Assembly: GCF_000016745.1 (NCBI RefSeq)
Contig: NC_009483.1
Location: forward strand, 1,500,001-1,532,000
Reading direction: 5' to 3'
From: Geotalea uraniireducens Rf4
Lineage (GTDB): Bacteria > Desulfobacterota > Desulfuromonadia > Geobacterales > Geobacteraceae
DNA length: 32,000 nt
The notes beneath the pieces were generated by a model. That model had not been told where the DNA came from. It searched no databases and saw nothing but the letters and a program-made list of their open reading frames with translations. The position numbers and the translations under genes are program-made. Every line of letters starts with the position of its first letter. The stretch's first letter is position 1. This document shows, in pieces, positions 22,815-31,059 of this stretch.

Positions 22815-25226
22815 ATGGGGGAAAAACCGTGCTACATCAGGTGGTTCGACGAGATATCCATTGATGATGTTCCACTGGTTGGTGGGAAGAACGCCTCGCT
22901 CGGCGAAATGTATCGGGAACTCACGCCCCATGGGGTGAGAATCCCCAACGGCTTTGCCGTGACCGCCGAGGCGTACCGGTACCTGGTCAAATCCGGCGGG
23001 ATACTTCCCGAGATGGAAAAAGCCCTTGCAGGAATCGACAAGAACGACCTCGATGAGTTTGCCAGGCTGGGGCATCGGCTCCGCGACCTGATTTACCAGG
23101 CGCCGCTACCGCAGGACCTGGCGTCGGAGATCATCGCCGCCTACCGCCGTCTTTGCGAGGAATACGGGGAGGACACGGACGTGGCAGTCCGAAGCAGCGC
23201 CACCGCGGAGGATCTTCCCACTGCCTCCTTCGCAGGGCAGCAGGAGAGCTACCTCAACATCAGGGGCAAAGCGCAGCTTCTCGATGCGTGCCGCCGCTGC
23301 TTCGCCTCCCTCTTTACCGACCGGGCCATCTCCTACCGCATCGACCAGGGATTCGACCACTTCCGGGTCGCCCTCTCCATCGGGGTCATGAAGATGGTCC
23401 GCTCGGATCTGTCCGCGAGCGGGGTCATGTTCACCATCGACACGGAAACAGGCTTTCGTGATGTGGTCCTCATCAACGGCTCTTACGGGCTCGGGGAAAA
23501 CGTGGTCCAGGGGGCGGTGAACCCTGACGAGTTCTACGTCTTCAAACCCACGCTCCGCTCGGGGCACCGTCCCATTATCAGCAAGAAGCTCGGCGAAAAG
23601 AAGATCAGGATGATTTACGGCAGAGGCGGGTCCAAGCTCCTCACCCGGAACGTTGCAGTGCCGGAGGCCGAACGACGGCTCTTCTGCCTGACTGACGACG
23701 AGATCCTGGAACTGGCCCGCCATGCAATGGTCATCGAGGAGCACTATGCGGGAAAAGCGGGGAGAGCGCTCCCCATGGATATCGAATGGGCCAAAGACGG
23801 ACGAAGCGGAGAGATCTTCATCGTCCAGGCCCGTCCGGAAACGGTCCAGTCGCAGAAGGACATGGATTTCCTCGAGATCTACCACCTGGAGGGAAAGGGA
23901 GAGGTCCTTGCCTCCGGCACGAGCGTCGGGGAGAAGATCGCGGCCGGCCCTGCCCGCGTCATCTCCGATGTACATCGACTTTCCGAGTTCATGCCGGGAG
24001 AAGTTCTTATCGCCGACACAACCACACCGGACTGGGAACCGATAATGAAGAAGTCTGCTGCCGTGGTCACCAACCGCGGCGGGCGGACCTGTCATGCGGC
24101 CATAGTCAGCCGGGAGCTGGGGATACCGTCCATCGTGGGAACGAACGACGCAACGGGACGGATCGGGACCGGCCGGGAAGTCACCGTGAGCTGCGCGGAG
24201 GGTGAGGTCGGCAGGGTTTACGACACCCTCCTCCCTTTCCGGGTGGAACGGGTTCCCCTTACAGACCTTGCCAGACCGCGGACGAAGATCATGATGAACC
24301 TCGGCAACCCGGACGAGGCGTTCGCCATCTCTAAAATACCCAACGACGGGGTGGGACTGGCCAGGATGGAGTTCATCGTCACCAACTACATCAAGGTCCA
24401 CCCCATGGCGCTCGTCCATCCTGAACGGGTGGTGGACGAGGCTGAGCAGCGGGAGATCGAACGCCTCACCTTCGGTTACGCAGACAAGGAGAGTTACTTC
24501 GTCGAACAGCTGGCAAGGGGGATCGCGACCATCGCCGCCGCTTTCCACCCCAAGCCGGTCGTTGTCCGCATGAGCGACTTCAAGACTAATGAATACGCCC
24601 GGCTTGTCGGCGGAAGGGCGTTCGAGCCGGAGGAGGAGAACCCGATGATCGGCTTCCGCGGCGCCTCCCGCTATTACGATGACCGCTACCGGGAGGGGTT
24701 CGCCCTGGAGTGCCGGGCGATGAAGCGGGTGCGGGACGAGATGGGACTCGTCAACGTCATTCCCATGATCCCGTTCTGCCGGACGGTGGGGGAAGGGGAG
24801 AAGGTCCTTGCCGAGATGGAGAAGAACGGCCTTGTGCGGGGCGAGAACGCGTTGCACATATACGTCATGTGCGAGATTCCCAATAACGTCATCCTCATCG
24901 ACGAGTTCAGCAGGCTTTTCGACGGTTTTTCCATCGGCTCCAACGACCTCACCCAGCTCACCCTGGGTGTTGACCGGGATTCGGCGCTGGTGGCCCATGT
25001 CTTCGACGAGCGGGACCCGGGGGTGATGCGGCTCATTTCCCAGGTGATCGAGGGGGCGAAAAGAAATCATCGCCACAGCGGCATCTGCGGTCAGGCGCCC
25101 AGTGACTACCCGGAGTTTGCCGCGTTTCTCGTCAAAGAGGGGATCGACTCCATCTCCCTCAATCCCGATTCGGTCCTGAAGATCACCCTCAGGGTGCTGG
25201 AGATGGAAAAGACGCTGGCGGGGTGA
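22815..25226 (+). CDS. ppsA: Phosphoenolpyruvate synthase (pyruvate, water dikinase)
   Basis: Contains VGGKNASLGEM, GGRTCHAAIVSRELGIP (phosphohistidine region) and a C-terminal PEP-utilising domain with GSNDLTQL. 803 aa. Confidence 0.95.
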   Translation: MGEKPCYIRWFDEISIDDVPLVGGKNASLGEMYRELTPHGVRIPNGFAVTAEAYRYLVKSGGILPEMEKALAGIDKNDLDEFARLGHRLRDLIYQAPLPQDLASEIIAAYRRLCEEYGEDTDVAVRSSATAEDLPTASFAGQQESYLNIRGKAQLLDACRRCFASLFTDRAISYRIDQGFDHFRVALSIGVMKMVRSDLSASGVMFTIDTETGFRDVVLINGSYGLGENVVQGAVNPDEFYVFKPTLRSGHRPIISKKLGEKKIRMIYGRGGSKLLTRNVAVPEAERRLFCLTDDEILELARHAMVIEEHYAGKAGRALPMDIEWAKDGRSGEIFIVQARPETVQSQKDMDFLEIYHLEGKGEVLASGTSVGEKIAAGPARVISDVHRLSEFMPGEVLIADTTTPDWEPIMKKSAAVVTNRGGRTCHAAIVSRELGIPSIVGTNDATGRIGTGREVTVSCAEGEVGRVYDTLLPFRVERVPLTDLARPRTKIMMNLGNPDEAFAISKIPNDGVGLARMEFIVTNYIKVHPMALVHPERVVDEAEQREIERLTFGYADKESYFVEQLARGIATIAAAFHPKPVVVRMSDFKTNEYARLVGGRAFEPEEENPMIGFRGASRYYDDRYREGFALECRAMKRVRDEMGLVNVIPMIPFCRTVGEGEKVLAEMEKNGLVRGENALHIYVMCEIPNNVILIDEFSRLFDGFSIGSNDLTQLTLGVDRDSALVAHVFDERDPGVMRLISQVIEGAKRNHRHSGICGQAPSDYPEFAAFLVKEGIDSISLNPDSVLKITLRVLEMEKTLAG

Positions 25227-25269
25227 ATAGCGAGGTAGGGCCGAATTAACCTATAAACCTATAAAAAGC

Positions 25270-25447
25270 CAGCAGTGTCCGGTTAGATAATTGCACTGGC
25301 ATCAAAAGCTGTGAAACTATCTTTTTGCACCCTCCCCCAGCCCCTCCCATCGAAGGGAGGGGAGCTTTTATTCCCTCTCCCCTGGTGGGAGAGGGCTAGG
25401 GAGAGGGGGGAATGTGTCGGCTGCAAAAACCTAACCGGACACTGCTG
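25270..25447. mobile_element. 178-bp MITE with perfect 17-bp terminal inverted repeats and a 9-bp target-site duplication
   Basis: The TIR CAGCAGTGTCCGGTTAG (25270-25286) pairs with CTAACCGGACACTGCTG (25431-25447). It is flanked by ATAAAAAGC at 25261-25269 and 25448-25456. There is no ORF. Internal GC hairpins: CCCCTCCC-N6-GGGAGGGG and CCCTCTCCC-N5-GGGAGAGGG. Confidence 0.85.
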
Positions 25448-25568
25448 ATAAAAAGCATTTTAACCACTAATTTTCACGAATTTGCACGAATATACAACCA
25501 CTTGTGATGCAAAAGACCAGTGACGACTCAAGACTTAATATGGGGTTAAAAACATTCGTGTTTATTCG
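25448..25568 (-). repeat. Copy 3 of the CACGAA-arm element, left segment (element is in reverse orientation; it also includes 25258-25269)
   Basis: The reverse complement of 21860-21994 aligns with this segment, including ATATACAACCACTTGTGATGCAAAAG and GGTTAAAAACATTCGTGTTTATTCG. Homology stops abruptly at 25568. Confidence 0.8.
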
Positions 25569-26136
25569 GTACGCCAGGCCAAGCCTGGCTGATCTATCTG
25601 ACTGAAAAGTGTCAGACATGTAAATTGCTCGTTCACCATGTAGTCGCGGTCTGTCACGAGAGGGTAACCAAACGTGGGGAGTAAGACCGGTTCTTTGTAA
25701 GAAAAGAGCGAAGGGTACGATAACTACCCTGACGACGAAGACGCGAGCCCAGCGCAAGCGAACCCGTTTCGGCCTCGTTACACGTAGTTGACAGTGGCCA
25801 ACCTTCCGAATGTGGTGAAGCCTGCCATCCACCGGTGATAAACGAGCGAAAGAACCGGTGGGACTGTCCGGGGTGATTGGGGAGGGCGCGTGTCGAAAGA
25901 TCAGCCGAGGAACCTGGGAGGTCCGACGTAATTCCCAAAGCGAAAGGGTTTCGCCGAAGGGAGAACGCCGACGGGGAATCAATAACCCGCCAAGCGTGTA
26001 CGGTCGGAATTCGGAGCGGCCCATAGTAGCCGGGAAGCGGGGTAATGCCCGTGGAGCCAAGGGGCCGTACTTCAGTCATGTTTACACGGAAAGAGAGGAG
26101 ACCCGCTTGAGCGACAGACGCTCCATAACGGAATGG

Positions 26137-27441
26137 ATGGCCGAAGGATTCGAACCTGAACCCGGACTGCCGGTAAAAGTCTCCCTTCTGCGGTGGAAAC
26201 TGAGCAGCAAGGCCAAACGAGAACCGCAGTTCCGGTTCTATGCCCTTTACGACCGAATCCATCGTCGTGATGTACTTGAAACGGCGTGGTTGCGAGTAAA
26301 GGCGAACAAGGGCGCGCCGGGAGTCGATGGTGTCAGCATTGAATCCATCGAGGTGCGGGCAGACGGAATATCCGGCTATCTTGACGAAATTCAAGAAAGC
26401 CTGAGAACCAAAAACTACAAACCATCCCCGGTGCGTCGCGTCTACATCACCAAGCCCAACGGCAAACTGCGCCCGCTCGGCATACCGTGCGTGCGGGACA
26501 GAATTGTACAGGCAGCCGTACTCCTTATCCTCGAACCGATATTTGAGGTGGACTTTCTCGACTGCTCCCATGGATTTCGTCCCAAAAGGCGTCCCCATGG
26601 AGCCCTCGACCAAGTCGGTAATAACCTCCAACTCGGACGGCAGGAAGTGTATGACGCGGATCTTTCGAGCTACTTTGACAGCATCCCCCACGAGCACCTG
26701 ATAGTAGAACTTGAGCGGCGCATAGCCGACCGGAGTGTCCTCAAACTGATCCGGCAATGGCTTCACAGTCCGGTCAGAGAAGAAGACGGCAGCATCAGCC
26801 GTCCCAAACAAGGGACGCCACAAGGCGGGGTAATATCTCCCCTTCTTGCCAACATCTACCTTCACCGGCTCGACCGGGCCTTTCACGAAGAAGCAGACAG
26901 CCCCTACCACTTCGCCAGAGCGCGCATGGTACGGTTTGCCGACGACTTCGTAGTAATGGCCAGACACATGGGCAATCGCATAACCGGATGGCTGGAAGAG
27001 AAACTCGAAACAGACCTTGGACTCAGCATCAACCGTGACAAAACCGGTATTGTCAGAATGAACAAGAAAGAGAGCCTGAACTTTCTGGGATTCACCCTCC
27101 GCTATGACCGTGACCTGCGGGGCAGAGATTGGGATTATCTCAACATCATGCCGAGTAAGAAGGCCATAGGAGCACTCAAGGGAAAAATCCGGGAGAAGAC
27201 CCGAAGCGGATACAAAAAGCCGCTTGTCGAAGCAATTGCCGAGGTAAACAGCATCCTTCGCGGATGGGGCAACTACTTCGACTACGGGTATCCCCGGAAA
27301 GTATTTCGAGACGTGAATCATTACACGAGGACTCGCTTTCGAATATTTCTGAACAATCGGAGCCAAAGGCGGAGCAAACCCTTCAGGGCAGGTGAAAGCC
27401 TGTATGCCGGACTTAAGCGATATGGTCTGGTTTACCTGTAA
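26137..27441 (+). CDS. Group II intron reverse transcriptase/maturase (no endonuclease domain evident)
   Basis: Contains [69 protein letters not shown] and the X-domain RGWGNYF. The ATG at 26137 is preferred over the 25858 start in the ORF track, which would read through ribozyme domains I-III. Confidence 0.85.
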   Translation: MAEGFEPEPGLPVKVSLLRWKLSSKAKREPQFRFYALYDRIHRRDVLETAWLRVKANKGAPGVDGVSIESIEVRADGISGYLDEIQESLRTKNYKPSPVRRVYITKPNGKLRPLGIPCVRDRIVQAAVLLILEPIFEVDFLDCSHGFRPKRRPHGALDQVGNNLQLGRQEVYDADLSSYFDSIPHEHLIVELERRIADRSVLKLIRQWLHSPVREEDGSISRPKQGTPQGGVISPLLANIYLHRLDRAFHEEADSPYHFARARMVRFADDFVVMARHMGNRITGWLEEKLETDLGLSINRDKTGIVRMNKKESLNFLGFTLRYDRDLRGRDWDYLNIMPSKKAIGALKGKIREKTRSGYKKPLVEAIAEVNSILRGWGNYFDYGYPRKVFRDVNHYTRTRFRIFLNNRSQRRSKPFRAGESLYAGLKRYGLVYL

Positions 27442-27492
27442 CAGCAAAGCCACAACTCCTCAATAATGCCGTGCAGCAAGAGGCTGATAGGT

Positions 27493-27525
27493 AAGCCGTA
27501 TGCGGGAAATCCGCACGTACGGTTT
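27493..27525 (+). ncRNA. Group II intron domain V
   Basis: AAGCCGTATGCGGGAAATCCGCACGTACGGTTT has the AGC triad, a 2-nt bulge and a GAAA tetraloop. It is nearly identical in pattern to the classical domain V GAGCCGUAUGCG..GAAA..CGCACGUACGGUUC. Confidence 0.85.
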
Positions 27526-27614
27526 GACGAGGGGGAGCTGGTTAAGGCAACTATGGTAAGGCTACTTAGGCACCGCCAAACGAAAGGGGCGGAAACGGAC
27601 AAGCCAAACCTAAT

Positions 27615-27661
27615 GATGTCGTAACCTGCTTCCTACTCTACTGGTTAATTGCTGTTTTTGG
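27615..27661 (-). repeat. Copy 3 of the CACGAA-arm element, right segment after the intron
   Basis: TGGTTAATTGCTGTTTTTGGG (27641-27661) matches the reverse complement of 21811-21831 (TGGCTAACTGCCGTTTTTGGG) with 3 mismatches. Confidence 0.65.
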
Positions 27662-27675
27662 GATGACTGGACGGC

Positions 27676-28830
27676 ATGGAAAGGACACCGGCAGTGAATG
27701 GAATCCTGAAAATCGCTTATAAATTGCTGGTGAACGACAAGGGGAAATTTGCCGCCCTCCTTGTAGGGATAACGTTTGCCGTCTTTTTGATAGTGATGAT
27801 GACCTCCATGTTTGCCGGCATCCTGCACCGCTCGTCCGCCACCGTCATAAACATCGGCGCCAAGGTCTGGGTGATGGACCCGGCGGTGAACACCCCGGCG
27901 AACAGCATCCCGATGCCCGATTACGTCCTGGATGCGGTGCGGAGCATAAACGGCGTCAAATATGCCGTGCCGCTCTATTCCGGCGGAGCACTGGTGAAGC
28001 TGCGCAGCGGCATCTACCAGTCGGTGACCGTCCTGGGGCTGGACGATGCCAGTCTGTATGGCCGACCCGGGCTCATCGAGGGGCAGATCGAGGATATCTA
28101 CGCGGAAAACGCCTTTGTTGTGGTGAAGGACGCCGAATTTCCCAAACTTGAAAATCCACGGCTCGGCACGGAGTTCGAGCTGAACGACCACCGGGGGGTC
28201 ATCGTCGGTATCGCCAAAGTAACCACCAGCGGCCTGTTCGGCGTGCCGACCCTGTACACCACCTACACCAGGGCACTCCAGTACATCCCCTCCATGAGAT
28301 TCACCACTGCATTCATCCTGGTGGAGCCGAAGAGCGCAGCCGCCGTGCCGCACATCAAGGAGCAGGTGAAAGCGCTCGGCTACGACGCGCTGACCAAGGA
28401 TGAGTTCATCCGGAAAACATCCAACTTCTACATGTACAAGACCGGCCTCGGCACCAATGTGCTCCTGATGACGGTCATAAGCTTCATCGTCGGCCTCTCC
28501 ATCTCCGGGCAGACCTTCTACACCTTCATCCTGGAGAACCTGGAGAAATTCGGGGCGCTCAAGGCGATCGGGGCGAAAGGGCGGGAACTGATCTACATGA
28601 TCCTCTTCCAGGCGACCTTTACCTCCCTCACCGGCTATGGACTGGGGATCGGCCTTGCCGCACTGGTCATCACCATGGCAAAACTGCGGCTCCCCAGTTA
28701 CGCAGCCAAGATCACCTACGGGAACCTCTGGTTCGCCTTCGTCATGGTCCTCATCATTGCAGGCATTTCCAGTTACATCGGCATCAGGAAGGTGCTGAAG
28801 ATCGAGCCGTTCGATATTTTCCGGGGGTGA
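27676..28830 (+). CDS. ABC exporter permease, DevC/FtsX-like (MacB-type fold)
   Basis: An N-terminal TM helix, a large periplasmic domain and three C-terminal TM helices (FtsX pattern). Its stop lies 1 nt before the ATPase ATG. Confidence 0.8.
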   Translation: MERTPAVNGILKIAYKLLVNDKGKFAALLVGITFAVFLIVMMTSMFAGILHRSSATVINIGAKVWVMDPAVNTPANSIPMPDYVLDAVRSINGVKYAVPLYSGGALVKLRSGIYQSVTVLGLDDASLYGRPGLIEGQIEDIYAENAFVVVKDAEFPKLENPRLGTEFELNDHRGVIVGIAKVTTSGLFGVPTLYTTYTRALQYIPSMRFTTAFILVEPKSAAAVPHIKEQVKALGYDALTKDEFIRKTSNFYMYKTGLGTNVLLMTVISFIVGLSISGQTFYTFILENLEKFGALKAIGAKGRELIYMILFQATFTSLTGYGLGIGLAALVITMAKLRLPSYAAKITYGNLWFAFVMVLIIAGISSYIGIRKVLKIEPFDIFRG

Positions 28831-28831
28831 C

Positions 28832-29536
28832 ATGGCAGAGCCGGCGGTAAAGGCAAACGAACTGGTCAAATGGTTCGGCGAAGGGGAAGCCAGAACCGTT
28901 GCCGTGCGCGGCGTCAGTTTCGAGGCCCGGTTCGGGGAGATGCTCTACATCGTCGGCCCGTCGGGGAGCGGCAAAACGACGCTTTTGAGCATGATTTCCG
29001 GCATTCTGCGGCCGAACGAGGGGACCGTGACGGTCGAGGACCAGGATATCTGGAGCCTCGCGAGCGACCAGATCGCGGAATTCAGGTTGAACAGGGTGGG
29101 CTTCGTGTTCCAGGACTACCACCTCTTCCCGCGGCTCACCACGCTGGAAAACGTTGCCATCCCCCTGATCCTGAAAAAGCGTGACTGGCGCGAATCCCTG
29201 AACACGGCCATGGAGTACCTGGAGATCGTCGGCCTCAAGGACCGGGCGCAGTTGCCGCCGGTCAAGCTGAGCGGCGGGGAGCAGCAGCGGGTGGCAATCG
29301 CCCGGGCGATCGCCGGCCGTCCCGACCTCCTGATCTTCGACGAGCCGACCGCCTCCCTGGACGGGGATACGGGAAGAAAGATCGTCGATTTCGTGAAGAA
29401 CAACATCCTGAACGACCAGCGCTGCATCATCATCGTTACCCATGACAGCAGGATTTACGAGTACTCGGACAGGATCATGCGGATGGAGGACGGCCGCATT
29501 ACCGGCGTCGAACAAGGAGGGGCACGTGAGGAATAA
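28832..29536 (+). CDS. ABC transporter ATP-binding protein (DevA/LolD/MacB-type)
   Basis: Contains GPSGSGKTT (Walker A), LSGGEQQRVAIARA (signature), LLIFDEPT (Walker B) and IIIVTHD (H-loop). Confidence 0.9.
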   Translation: MAEPAVKANELVKWFGEGEARTVAVRGVSFEARFGEMLYIVGPSGSGKTTLLSMISGILRPNEGTVTVEDQDIWSLASDQIAEFRLNRVGFVFQDYHLFPRLTTLENVAIPLILKKRDWRESLNTAMEYLEIVGLKDRAQLPPVKLSGGEQQRVAIARAIAGRPDLLIFDEPTASLDGDTGRKIVDFVKNNILNDQRCIIIVTHDSRIYEYSDRIMRMEDGRITGVEQGGAREE

Positions 29537-30611
29537 GGTACTGTTTTTCCTGGCGATCATCGGCCTCGTCGCCGGACTGGTGAGCGCCTACATCTTCGGC
29601 ATCGAGAAAAAGCCGCAGCCGCCGGTGTTCAATCCCGCCTCCAATCCCTATGGCAAGGGAATCTACGCCAACGGCATCATCGAAAGCTACCAGACGAACG
29701 GCGAGAACATCAACATCTATCCGGAAGTGTCGGGAATTATCACCAGAATCCTGGTTGCCGAGGGGCAAAGCGTGCGGCAGGGGACACCGCTCCTCATGAT
29801 CGAAGATTCCGTGCAGAGGGCGACCGTAGCCCAGCAGAAGTCCCAGGCCGAGGCCGCCCTGGCCCTCCTGGAAGAGCTCAAGGCTATGCCTAGAAAGGAA
29901 AATCTGGAAGTCGCCAAAGCCCAGGTGGACTTCGCGAGTGCAAGCCTCAAGAACGCGCAGGACCAGCTGGACAAACAACGGCAATCGTACGCACTGAACC
30001 CGAAATCGGTGAGTAAAATCGATTTGGATAACGCCGAGAATGCCGTCCACGTGGCAAAAGCAAATCTCGAAGTCGCCCGGAGACAGTACGAGCTCACCAA
30101 GGCCGGGGCCTGGATCTATGACATACGCAACCAGGAAAAACAACACCAGGCGCTGACAAAGGCGTACATGGCTTCGGATGCTCTCCTCGCCAAATACATC
30201 ATACGGGCGCCGTCAGACGGGGTGATCCTCTCCATAAACGCCGCGGTCGGCAGCTACATATCCCCGCAGGGCACCTATGACACCTATACCCAAGGATCTA
30301 CGCCGGTTTTCGTCATGGGGAGCGCGCAGGCGTATGGCGGGGTCAGGTGCTACATCGACGAGATCCTCGTCCACCGCCTGCCGACGCCGGCCCGGCTGAA
30401 GTCAAAAATGTTCATCCGCGGCACGGACATCAGCATCCCCCTGGAGTATGTGCGGGTGCAGCCTTATGTGTCGCCGAAGATCCAGTTGTCGAACCAGCGG
30501 ACCGAGCGGGTGGACGTGCGGGTGCTGCCGGTCATCTTCAGATTTCAGAAGCCGGGCAATTTTTCCCTCTATCCCGGCCAACTGGTGGACGTCTATATCG
30601 GCGAGGAATAA
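29526..30611 (+). CDS. HlyD-family membrane fusion (periplasmic adaptor) protein
   Basis: The GTG at 29526 follows AAGGAGGGG. It has an N-terminal TM anchor (VLFFLAIIGLVAGLV), a lipoyl-like motif, a coiled-coil hairpin and a beta-barrel C-terminus. It overlaps the ATPase gene by 11 nt. Confidence 0.8.
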   Translation: MRNKVLFFLAIIGLVAGLVSAYIFGIEKKPQPPVFNPASNPYGKGIYANGIIESYQTNGENINIYPEVSGIITRILVAEGQSVRQGTPLLMIEDSVQRATVAQQKSQAEAALALLEELKAMPRKENLEVAKAQVDFASASLKNAQDQLDKQRQSYALNPKSVSKIDLDNAENAVHVAKANLEVARRQYELTKAGAWIYDIRNQEKQHQALTKAYMASDALLAKYIIRAPSDGVILSINAAVGSYISPQGTYDTYTQGSTPVFVMGSAQAYGGVRCYIDEILVHRLPTPARLKSKMFIRGTDISIPLEYVRVQPYVSPKIQLSNQRTERVDVRVLPVIFRFQKPGNFSLYPGQLVDVYIGEE

Positions 30612-30706
30612 CCCTAACCCCGATGAACGGGATAAGTCCCTTCACGAAAAATTCTTCGCAAAAAACATGCAAATAATTTTTCTAAGGGACTAAGGGGGAA
30701 GTCACG

Positions 30707-31042
30707 ATGGAGATACTGAGTAGTGTCGTCCAAATAATCTGCACGGTCATCAGCGTATTAGGCGCCCTGATTGTCATCTATGGCGTCGTTGAGGCGATCA
30801 TCAGTTTTTTGCGGCACAAGCTGTCTGCGGAGAAGAAGGATCAGATAACGGAAAATGAGACGATCCGGCAACGTCTGGGCGCCCATCTCTTGTTGGGGCT
30901 GGAAATTTTCATTGCTGCAGACATCATAAGCTCTGTAGTCAGTCCGAACTGGAGCAAGGTGGGGATATTGGCCGCTATCGTCGCCATCCGAACGGTATTG
31001 AGCTATTTCCTGAGAATGGAAGTAAAACAGACACAAGGGTAA
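30707..31042 (+). CDS. DUF1622-family small integral membrane protein
   Basis: 111 aa. RQRLGAHLLLGLEIFIAADIISSVV...IVAIRTVLSYFL is the pattern I associate with DUF1622. Confidence 0.6.
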   Translation: MEILSSVVQIICTVISVLGALIVIYGVVEAIISFLRHKLSAEKKDQITENETIRQRLGAHLLLGLEIFIAADIISSVVSPNWSKVGILAAIVAIRTVLSYFLRMEVKQTQG

Positions 31043-31059
31043 CCTTTGTGGGAAAATTC

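Larger units (their letters stand above)
25569..27614 (+). mobile_element. Group II intron (ribozyme plus intron-encoded RT/maturase); 3' boundary uncertain by a few nt up to ~25 nt
   Basis: It interrupts repeat copy 3. A canonical domain V lies at 27493-27525 and the RT/X-domain ORF lies inside. A candidate EBS1 CGAAUG (25807-25812) is complementary to the last 6 exon nt UAUUCG. Host-repeat homology resumes by 27641. Confidence 0.8.

Noticed and set aside
23106-25076. 656-aa ORF on the minus strand
   Set aside because: It lies entirely antisense to ppsA, whose product has unambiguous PEP-synthase motifs. The translated sequence is low-complexity (R/G/P/D-rich), as expected for an antisense frame in GC-rich DNA.
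26145-26165. GGATTCGAACC resembles a tRNA T-arm
   Set aside because: It lies at the start of the RT coding region (just downstream of the 26137 ATG), and no acceptor or anticodon stems can be drawn around it.
26137-27441. RT considered as a retron or diversity-generating retroelement RT
   Set aside because: A canonical group II domain V lies 52 nt downstream, an X/maturase motif (RGWGNYF) is present, and there is an interrupted-host-sequence signature. No msr/msd-like or TR/VR repeats were seen.
25654-27453. 599-aa ORF on the minus strand, and 25467-26060 (197 aa)
   Set aside because: Both are antisense to the group II intron RT and ribozyme. They have no recognisable motifs, while the plus-strand frame carries all the RT blocks.
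27610-28869. 419-aa minus-strand ORF; similar long antisense ORFs at 553-1248, 1285-2118, 2212-3162, 16448-17497, 19669-20712 and 28784-29560
   Set aside because: Each is antisense to a gene with strong family motifs. These are typical high-GC shadow ORFs.
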